A stretch of DNA of 45,053 bases, taken from positions 28,726,982-28,772,034 of the forward strand of contig NC_057720.1 of NCBI RefSeq assembly GCF_004010195.1. The letters are read 5' to 3'. Position numbers and translations under genes: made by a program. Below the pieces are notes generated by a model. That model was not told the DNA's origin. It searched no databases and saw only the letters and a program-made list of their open reading frames with translations. Shown here piece after piece: positions 36,500 to 45,053 of this stretch (position 1 is the stretch's first letter; each line of letters opens with the position of its first letter). This stretch comes from Chiloscyllium plagiosum. Taxonomy: Eukaryota.

Positions 36500-37330
36500 G
36501 TGGTTGTCTGTTCTAATTGCGCAGGGCACCACACACTAGGATGATACAGCCGACCTCGTCTGGATAACATTGGAGGACCCCACCCCAGATCAGTCCAAGA
36601 GGTGAAACTGCATTTCCAGCAGCCCTATCACCTGCTCCACTACGTCCCAAATCAAAGCACTGGAAGCATTGTATCTGTCCTCCACATCAGTTACACGGCT
36701 GTGCAATGGTGTCATCCGCCATGATTGTAGTTAATAGCCTTGTCTCCCAGTAACGGCGTTGTATGGCACATGAACCCTCAAACACAGCAGGTCCATGTAA
36801 CTGCTCCAGGATGTAGAAGTTGTGGCAGCTGCCAGGCTAGCAGTTACACACCACCAGGAAATGGTAACAGTTCCTGTTCATTAATGAAATGTTACCCTTC
36901 CTATTGATGAATTCCACAGCCTTTGTTTCTCAATGTGTACAGTCAATGGTACATTGCAGTTATGTTCCCAAATCCAAATCCAGTTCCGAAGAAAAGTTAA
37001 TGGACTTGAAATTCTATCTTTGATTTCTCTCCACAGATGCTGCTTGACCTGTTGAGATTTTCCAGCAATTTTTGTTTATGTTTCAGATTTACAGCACTCC
37101 CAGATGTTTTGGTTTTACTTTCTCAAATCCTACTGCCCAGGCTGCAAGACTGACCTCATCCTGGGAGAATGAACTAAACTGATGTGACCTTCCACAGATG
37201 GGATCAGTCACTGTTTGATGCTGCCCGGAAGGAGTAAGTAGAATAGAATTTCGAAGCAGCTGTCCCTTTCACAGCCACAGGAAGAAGATGGTCCTGCAGC
37301 CCTCAGGTCCTGTTGCAGCAGCCCGTTTGG
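36500..37330 (-). pseudogene. Harbinger (HARBI1-like, DDE_Tnp_4) transposase relic
   Basis: Minus strand: LPVAVKGTAASKFYSTYSF, TD...RSHQF, IDCTH (36933-36947), FINRKG, PGSCHNFYIL, LLGDKA, WRMTP, RYNAS..VVEQVIGLLEMQF, IILVCGALRN. Confidence 0.85.
36975..37120 (+). mobile_element. Penelope-like fragment inserted in the transposase relic
   Basis: tttctctccacagatgctgcttgacctgttgagattttccagcaatttttg is a reverse-complement relative of 19140-19195. Confidence 0.65.
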
Positions 37331-37601
37331 TTCTGTCTCAATGTTCCAAGATATAGGGACAGTGTGTGTGGCTTGTGTTGAGTTACCAAACCATATCCTC
37401 CAGTGCTGTTCTGCGCATTCCCCTCACACTTTGAGTTTCCCCGATTACTGTCCTTGTTCCACCTCAATACATGGCCCCCAGCCTTGTCTGGACTACCCAC
37501 TTTGGTGATGAAATATCCTTTTCTCTCACAGGACTCCCTTGCACCCTCCTCACCGATCTAACCCCAGATATTTATTTGTCCTAGACCTTTGACTAACCTC
37601 A

Positions 37602-37787
37602 GGGTTGAGAGTGTGGTGCTGGAAAAGCACAGCAGGTCAGGCAGCATCTGAGAAGCAGGAGAATCGACGCTTCAGGCAAGAGCCCTTCATCAGGAATCCT
37701 GCTCTTCGGATGCTGCCTGACCTGCTGTGTTTTTCTAGCACCACACTATCGACTCTGATCTCCAGCATCTGCAGTTCTCACTTTCTG
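37602..37787. mobile_element. Penelope-like inverted-repeat element with 16-bp TSD
   Basis: cctttgactaacctca at 37586-37601 and 37788-37803; inverted arms; degenerate hammerhead core on the minus strand ~37660-37693. Confidence 0.85.
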
Positions 37788-38015
37788 CCTTTGACTAACC
37801 TCAACAAACAGCCACTAGACATGACCGACCAGTGCCCGACTGCTGTGTTTGCAGCTCCCACTGATGATACACAATTTACTGACTGCACATGATGGCCTTC
37901 CAGGATTGCCCAATGCCCACACCCTGGACAGTATTTGGCAACATCCCCTGACTGTCACTTGCCTGTGCAAACAACTGACCGTGGCCTGGACTGTGAGTGG
38001 AGTGCACCTGTGACT

Positions 38016-38607
38016 AATTTTTTTTAATTTCAAAAATATACTTTATTCATAAAATACTTTAATGGTCTGTACAGTTAGACATGCCATACGTATGTAAACA
38101 TTCCATTTGTTTGCATACCGAAACAGAGTAATCATTCCTATTTACAGGTCGGTACGATTACATTTTTAGCTGAGGTGTCAGCAGAGCCCAAATGACTGCG
38201 TGGGCCCCCTGTTCTTCTTTAGGCAGGCAGATGTTACACGGTGGTCTTTTCCCACCGCGCCTTGGCAACAGCTGCCCCAAGCTTCAGCGCGTCCCTCAAC
38301 ACATAGTCCTGGACCTTGGAATGTGCCAGTCTGCAACACTCAGTTGGGGTCAACTCCTTCAGCTGGAAGATCAACAGGTTTCGGACCGCCCAGAGAGCGT
38401 CCTTCATTGAGTTGATGATCCTCCAGGTGCAGTTGATGTTCGTCTCGGTGTGCGTCCCGGGGAACAGACCGTAGAGCACGGTCCCGCGTCACGGCGCTGC
38501 TCTGGACGAACCTCGACAAACACCACTGCGTTCCTCTCCAGACTTCCTCTGCATAGGCACATTCCAGAAGGAGGTGTGTGACACCTCGTCCCCCCCCCGC
38601 AGCCGCT
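38016..38607 (-). mobile_element. Tx1/L1-clade LINE 3' end
   Basis: ORF 38234-38479 LYGLFPGTHTETNINCTWRIINSMKDALW..RN, with upstream CGG..THLLLECAYAEEVW (zf-RVT-like). aataaa and polyA lie at 38016-38048. Confidence 0.85.
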
Positions 38608-38930
38608 TTCTAAGACCTTAGGTTATCTCGAGAAGGTAATGTAAAAGAAGTTTTGGGGTTTACATATTCATGAACCAAAACATGCAACCCATTCTAAAAG
38701 ATGAAAGACTCAACAGCAATCTAGGTTTGTTCAATTTATCATTTCAGCTGCAAGACACTGTAATTGTTTGCTATAAATTCTGTGTCTTATGGTCCTGCTC
38801 CACAACCACCTGATGAAGGAGCAGTGCTCCAAAAGCTAGTGCTCCCAAATAAACCTGTTGGACTATAACCTGGTGTTGTGTGATTTTTAACTTTGTCCGA
38901 CCCCAGTCCAACACCGGCTCCCCCACATCA
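38608..38930 (+). mobile_element. Penelope-like terminal repeat (second family) with hammerhead-like motif
   Basis: cac-ctgatga-aggagc-agt-gctcc-aaaa-gcta-gtg (38807-38841), then aataaacctgttggactataacctggtgttgtg. Related copies lie at ~41505-41630 (+) and ~42155-42236 (-). Confidence 0.7.
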
Positions 38931-39169
38931 TGAGTGCATTAGATAAGCAAATTGGAGATTTTGCATACTTTGATGAGATCTTTAATTTTAGTGATGACTT
39001 TGGGAATTAAGGGGGCTTGATTTCCAGTGTGTCAGCCCAGTGAGATATAATATTACAAAGTGAATTCAGCAAAGTAAACTGAACAGCAACATATGTTCAT
39101 TTTTTCTATGCATCTAGCCAAGACTAACAATTTTCTTTACATCACCTTTTAGCAGACTGCACAAGAAAC

Positions 39170-39330
39170 CATACTTAAAGTTGGGTTTTACCATTTTTTT
39201 GAAAGGAATAAAGTAACCTGATATACTCTGTGAATTATCGGATGCAGTGCTGGTGGGAATTTGTGTTAAACAGGGTGCTTTAACTGATGCATTACTGTTC
39301 ATATTATTTTCCATAACATAAGAACTGGAC
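39170..39330 (+). mobile_element. Decayed RTE-like RT fragment
   Basis: ELSDAVLVGICVKQGALTDALLFILF resembles the RT motif 'GVKQGC.LAP.LF.IF'. Confidence 0.45.
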
Positions 39331-39769
39331 ATGGATATCAGAGCATTGAAGAATCTGACAGACAATTATCTGGAACAAATTGGTCATCCAAATTGGCATA
39401 TTGGGCAAGCAATCTAACAGGCTCACTAAAAAAAAGCAATCTAACAGGACAGACACAATGAAGGAAAGGCAATTGTGCCCATGAATGCTGACCCTGCATC
39501 CCAGGATGGTATTCCTAAGGATCAGCAAATATTTGAGGAAGGCAAAAATTGTTCCTTTGGGGACTTCCATGGTGATGATGTGGGATGAGAAGTGAACTCA
39601 TTACTGGAAATGTTCAGCTAATAGAGGAACCAAATAATTGCAGCCCCACTGAACCAAGCAGTGAGGATAAAGTATTGGATGAGAATAATGTGCTTGGTTA
39701 TATCAAAGCTAACACGAGATTAACAAGAATGAATATAGATAGTGAACCATCACTATAGTTCCAGAAAAT

Positions 39770-40265
39770 ACAATGAATGGTTTCGTTGAGTGTAATTTCA
39801 GGACTGTGAGAGAGATGGCGTAACTGTTACTTGCTTCTTATGAATCCAAGTGTGAATGTTGTCCAAGTCTTAATGCGCAATAACATGGTTTGCTCCTGTA
39901 ACTGAAGACTTGGGAAGTATACCACAGAACATTGTGCAGTCATCAATTGATGTCCCCCATATCTAACTTCATAAGGGAAGAATGAACATTGCTGAAGCAG
40001 CTAAAGATGGTTATGTCTAGTACATCACCCTTTGGAACTTCGACAGCGATATCAGGATGGTTGACCTTCAACAGCCACAACCATTTTCCTTTCTGTTGGG
40101 TATGGCTCCAACCAATGCAGAATCTTTCCCCAATTCCTAATGACTGCAGTTTTGCTCAGGTTTTTGATGCCACATTTGGTCAAATGCTATTTGATCTCAA
40201 GGGCAGTCACTTTCATCTCATCTCTTGAGTTCAGTTATTTTGTCAATGTTTGGACCAAGACTGCA
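39770..40265 (-). mobile_element. CR1/L2-like LINE RT fragment
   Basis: Reverse-complement homology to 1590-1760 (tgtgaatgttgtccaagtct; atctaacttcataagggaagaatgaacattgctgaagcagctaaagatggtt). The minus strand also gives LEIK*HLTKCG-like 'LDIK.AFD.VW' relics. Confidence 0.65.
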
Positions 40266-40272
40266 AGAGTTG

Positions 40273-40562
40273 TGTTCTGACTCATGGTAAGTACGTCAAT
40301 ACAGCCATATGAGAAATGTTGATGATATCATCAATGTAACATAACATGTGACCTGATGGTATAAAGATGATACTCAATTTTACCTTGGATCATTTGAAGC
40401 ATGACACTCTAATGGGAGCATGGTCTTCTGTTATAACTGAATATTTTAATACTATTGAGGAATGCAATGTGTTGTATATAATAGTTATTTGTAATACACG
40501 AATGCTGGATTCTTTAATACTACAATCTCCACTCTCAGTTTCTTATGTTACAGAAGATAACA
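40273..40562 (+). mobile_element. Solo LTR related to the LTR at 27702-27949
   Basis: Shares atgatatcatca, atgtga.ctga..gtataaa and cagtttcttatgtta....gataaca with the reverse complement of that LTR; TG...CA ends. Confidence 0.6.
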
Positions 40563-40659
40563 TGCATTGTCACATCAGGTAAATCACACCAGTAGTGAGG
40601 TCAGCAACTGAGTGGCCTTCAATCTGAGCACCGGTGAATAATTGCTGGGCAGGTGCAGC

Positions 40660-40745
40660 TTGATAGTTCCGAACTGAAATGTCAACTCCTCTTCTCTTCA
40701 GATGCTGCTTGACCTGTTGTGCTTTACCCATGTCCACTCTTTATC
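40660..40745 (+). mobile_element. Penelope-like fragment
   Basis: gaaatgtcaactcctcttctcttcagatgctgcttgacctgttgtgcttt. Confidence 0.55.
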
Positions 40746-40822
40746 CATGGTATTGTAAACAACTCTTTCTACCACTTTGGTAATGAACAAGAGTGGGCTG
40801 GTGGAGCAGAAGCTGATTTTTT

Positions 40823-41158
40823 TTAGATTAGATTAGATTAGATTAGATTACTTACAGTGTGGAAACAGGCCCTTCGGCCCAACAAGTCCACACCGACCCG
40901 CCGAAGCGTAACCCACCCAGACCCATTCTCCGACATTTACCCCTTCACCTAACACTACGGGCAATTTAGCATGGCCAATTCACCTAACCTGCACATTTTT
41001 TTGGATTGTGGGAAGAAACCGGAGCACCCGGAGGAAACCCACGCAGACACGGAGAGAACGTGCAAACTCCACACAGAGAGTCGCCTGAGGCGGGAATTGA
41101 ACCCGGGTTTCTGGCGCTGTGAGGCAGCAGTGCTAACCACTGTGCCACCGTGCTGCCC
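40823..41158 (-). mobile_element. HE1-type V-SINE, full length
   Basis: (ttaga)n tail and a complete body with A/B boxes. Confidence 0.93.
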
Positions 41159-41504
41159 ATTTTATTGGATTTGCACTCCTTTTTGGTGGCCAGATAGAGA
41201 AATGTAGTATTATTCACATGGGTTATGTTGATATCACACGTGTGGACAGTATATAGTGTTCAAAATCAAATGTGGCTCAATGACAAGAGTTCTAAGTGTT
41301 GCTGTACATGCAGGTTCACATTATAAAGCTATAACGAAGCAAATAGAGTACTGTATTAGGAAGTATTGCTGGAATAATCCAATATAGAACAAAAATGAAT
41401 ACTAGATAATATTTGTGTAAAACCTTGATCACAGTTTAACTGTAGTAAGTTTCAGTATTGCTCCCCTTACAAGAGGTCCACTATATTAGTGTTTAACTTA
41501 AACG

Positions 41505-41630
41505 TTAGCTACCTGAAGAAGGAGCGAGGCTCCTAAAACTTGTGGTTTCAAATAAATCTGTTGGACTAAAATCTAGTGTTATGTGATTTTTGACTTTGTC
41601 CACCACAGTCCAACACTGGCACCTTCACAT
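41505..41630 (+). mobile_element. Penelope-like terminal repeat (second family)
   Basis: cctgaagaaggagcgaggctcc...aataaatctgttggacta...cagtccaacactggcacc, homologous to 38808-38930. Confidence 0.7.
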
Positions 41631-42154
41631 AAAAGTTCTTAGTTATTGCACTAGATTTGTATAGCTTCGTATGGATTTCAATTGAGATTTGATTAGGGTT
41701 ATTAAAATAATATATGGACTAAATTGTTCCAATATGAACAAATATTTCAATTAGGCAATGAAAACAAGGGTTCAGGAGAATAAATTTCATGAGTCACTTT
41801 GTGTTAGTATATACTCACCTTTAATTCAGAAAGGTTTGAGGTCAAGCCGTAAAAGACAAAAGCTCATAATTCAACTAGGCACTTTAATTTTAAAATCAAT
41901 CATCGTAAAGAATACACTTTTCTGCCACCCACACTATATAGAACTTCCAAGCAAGTGCACCTCATGACCAATGGCCAAATTTGGTTTCGTAAAGTCAATG
42001 TTATTTTTGTAAAACATGCACCATTGTTCCGTGATTACATTTATCACTACTTATCTCTAGGTAAACAATCATGGTGCTTTTAAATATTCCATGCAGTAAG
42101 AAATATACAAACCAATAATGCACATGACCCCAACTGGCTTTAGATGACTTAAGT

Positions 42155-42236
42155 AAAAATCTCACAACACCAGGTTATAGTCCAACAAGTTTATTCAGAA
42201 GCACTAGTTTTTGGAGCACTGCTCCTTCATCAGGTT
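42155..42236 (-). mobile_element. Penelope-like terminal repeat fragment (second family)
   Basis: Reverse complement of ~38808-38890. Confidence 0.75.
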
Positions 42237-42725
42237 AGACACATTAGACGACATGGCATACTTTAGCTAAATGATATACACTGCTTGATGTTCACATATA
42301 AAAGCATTTTTAAGAAGGGCTGTTTTGATAGGCAAATTTGTTTAGCCTCAAAATTGTGCCACAGCTAATTATGACACTATAAAGAACTTCCTTGGCATCC
42401 AACTGCGGTTTTGTTTTCCTGAGATGGACTGTGCTAGTACATTGAGATATTTATTTTATAATTCTAGTTAGTGAAGTACACTTGGTATAAGTAGATATTG
42501 TCATATCAAAACCAAACTGGAATTCAATTCCTGATGCTCCTTTAGCCAGAGAAGGGAAAGGTCAGTCTAGTACACATGACATTGTTAGAATATTCAGTAA
42601 ACTCCTTGAAATCCAGCAATTCAAATAGACATTTTTGAAGAAACTTTATAAAAACAGGAAATTTTCTCTTTTTAGGTGAAGTGCCTTCTCTTGACCCCTT
42701 CCTACACATTGCAGAATGCTTAGTT

Positions 42726-43027
42726 AAGATTAGATTACTGATAGTATGGAAACAGGCCCTTCGGCCCAACAAGTCCACACCGACCCTCCGAAGAGCAACC
42801 CACCCAGACCCATTCCCCTACACCTAACACTACAGGCAATTTAGCATGGCCAATTCACCTGACCTGCACATCTTTGCACTGTGGGAGGAAACTGGAGCAC
42901 CTGGAGGAAACCCACGCAGACACAGGGAGAATGTGCAAACTCCACACAGACAGTTGCTGGAGGCAGGAACTGAACCCGGGTCTTTGGCGTTGTGAGGTAG
43001 CAGTGCTAACCACCGTGCCACCGTGCT
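42726..43027 (-). mobile_element. HE1-type V-SINE
   Basis: Homologous to the other copies. Confidence 0.9.
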
Positions 43028-43034
43028 TCACTTG

Positions 43035-43220
43035 TTCCAATTCAGTCACAGGATGTGGTGTTGCTGGCAAGACCAGCATTTATTGCCCATCCCTGTTGCT
43101 CTTGAAAAGGTGGTGTTGAGCCAACTTCTTGACCTGCTGCAATCTTTGTGGAGAAAGTACTCTTAAAGAGCTTTTAGGTAATGATTTTAACCCAAACAAT
43201 GATGAAGGAACAATGAGACT
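43035..43220 (-). mobile_element. 3' end of the same LINE family as 1546-2440
   Basis: ccagcatttattgcccatccctgttgctcttgaaaaggtggtg is the reverse complement of ~2354-2400. Confidence 0.7.
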
Positions 43221-44069
43221 TCATAGCCTGTAGCCAGATTTTTATGATTAAGTTTATAGCAATTAGCACTTGCACATCTGCTCTGCCTGGCTGTCTGAAA
43301 GGTTCTAATACTTTTTCCTTTAATTTGTTAAATGCACACAAACAAGATTACTCCCACTCCTTCAGTGTGATTATTATTATTGTTCCCAACACCAGATGTT
43401 GTTTTCTAAGTATCAATTACCATAATGTCACAATTGACTGTATCAAAGGCTTGTCTTTATTTAGTTGTAGATGTTATTACACTATAATATTTATCCATAT
43501 GCAAATTGCATGATCCTTATCTTGACTGCTATGCAGTACCCTTTCCAATTTGTTATTATGATAAATGGAATTGACAGTGAGCTAAGTATTAGACACAAAG
43601 CAATTTTTTAAAATTCCATTGTTAAGGGCAGATTGAGAAGATTCAGAAGTCCTGAAAAACATTTAAATGAATAAATTCTGAGACAATTACTGAAAGTGTT
43701 TGAGCATCACAGTAAGTGCCATCAGAGCTGCAGTGCTAACAAGCATGGTTGATGTATTTTTTTAATTTGAAAAATTTAGATCAAAGATTACTATGGGTAT
43801 AAAGAGAATAGGAACACACTGGGACCAATTTTATATGCATCCATAGTTTTCATATTTCCTACTTACAAGTGTAATGGTCTGGATGCTGGGCTCCAAATGG
43901 GATCTAAACACATCCATTTGCCATTACTTTGGAGCTTTCAGATCATAGGATGGAATTTAATGGAGACTCTGGGAAATAAAAGAGGTAGGGGCTTAAAGAG
44001 GTAGGAGCTAAAATGTAGGTCATCAAGCGGTTGAGGTCTTGTTATTAAATTAGCCATGTTTCTGTGGAA

Positions 44070-44275
44070 GTTGAAAATAACAAATGCTGGCGATCACAGC
44101 AGGTCAGATGGCATCTAGAAAGAGAGAGAGCAAGCTAATGTTTTGATTCTAGAGCTCTAATGAAAAGTCATCTATACTCAAAACTTTAGCTTGTTCTCTC
44201 TCCATGGATGCTGCCTGACCTTCTGTGATCTCCAGGATTTGTGGTTTTCAGCACAGATTCCAACATCTGTGGTAA
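44070..44275. mobile_element. Penelope-like inverted-repeat element (diverged)
   Basis: tgctggcgatcacagcaggtcagatggcatc...gagagagcaagctaa is inverted against ttagcttgttctctctccatggatgctgcctgacc...ctgtgatctccag. Confidence 0.7.
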
Positions 44276-44469
44276 ATTGTACCTGTATTTTTCAGTGGTA
44301 GTTCCATCTTTTCCATACATGAGCATTCCATGAATGCAAACTAAAGCCAAATGTCTTGAAATTAATTTGCAATTATCCCCTCCCTGAAGATAACAAGAAT
44401 CTCTCCAGTACCATTTCTTCCTCCTACTTTCCCCATCAACAATTAAGTAATGGGCAAGAGGGTCCATGG

Positions 44470-44597
44470 GGGACATTTTTATATTTTCAAATCAACCTGT
44501 TTAGAGTTGTTATTACACACCTCTAGAACAGATGGGATTTGAACCCAGCCTTTTGGTGCAAAGCCAGGGTCACTACCATTGCATCACAAAAGCCCTG
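44470..44597 (-). mobile_element. tRNA-derived SINE head
   Basis: gggatttgaaccc (B box) and cactaccattgcatcaca (A-box region), read on the minus strand. Confidence 0.55.
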
Positions 44598-44639
44598 CAA
44601 CCTGTTAAGTCACTTAGATAGCTAATTATAGTGCCATAG

Positions 44640-45053
44640 TGTTAAAGGTTTAGATGGAGAGGAATTTCTTAAGTGTGTACAGACATATTTCTGATTCAGT
44701 ATGTGGATGTACCTACTAGAGAAGGTGCAAAACTAGACATACTCTTGGGAAATAAGGCAGGGCAGGTGACTGAGGTGTCAGTGGGGGAGCACTTTGGGGC
44801 CAGCGACCATAATTCTATTCGTTTTAAAATAGTGATGGAAAAGGATAGACCAGATTTAAAAGTTGAAGTTCTAAATTGGAGAAAGGCCAATTTTGATGGT
44901 ACTAGGAAGAACTTTCGAAAGCTGATTGGAGGCAGATGTTCGCAGGTAAAGGGATGGCTGGAAAATGGGAAGCCTTCAGAAATGAGATAACAAGAATCCA
45001 GAGAAAATATATTCCTGTCAGGGTGAAAGGGAAGGCTGGTAACTATAGGGAAT
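44640..45053 (+). mobile_element. CR1-type LINE ORF2 endonuclease region (runs off the window end)
   Basis: QYVDVPTREGAKLDILLGN..VGEHFGASDHNSIRF..LNWRKANF. Confidence 0.92.

Noticed and set aside
42660..42700. Strong acceptor-like site ttttctctttttAG|G; also donors near 21492-21512
   Set aside because: These are isolated splice-like signals with no recognisable exon or protein.
5753..43119. Recurrent small ORFs (MWKQALRPNK..., DCGRKPEHPEETHADTGR...) that look like a peptide gene family
   Set aside because: These are translations of HE1 SINE copies, with no evidence of coding function.

Overview
Repeat-dense, non-coding vertebrate DNA, almost certainly shark: there are about 10 HE1-type V-SINEs, a SacSINE1-like DeuSINE and many CR1/HER1-type LINE fragments. 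I found no intact host gene, rRNA, true tRNA or CRISPR array. The supplied ORFs that I could assign are pieces of transposable elements or run through three assembly gaps; the rest resemble nothing I recognise. By hand translation the window also holds several decayed elements. (i) Gypsy-type gag and integrase relics plus two related LTRs. (ii) A very decayed minus-strand LTR/retrovirus-like pol (~31.5-33.9 kb) that seems to have two RNase H domains. (iii) A two-gene Harbinger relic (spliced Myb/SANT-like gene plus HARBI1-like transposase, ~34.6-37.4 kb) and a second Myb-like remnant. (iv) RTE and Tx1/L1 fragments. (v) Many short Penelope-like, often inverted-repeat, insertions with long target-site duplications and minimal hammerhead-ribozyme cores. 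Family names come from motif recognition without database searches, and boundaries are approximate. I cannot claim a new biological system. The best leads are the dual-RNase-H pol and the hammerhead-bearing hairpin elements.
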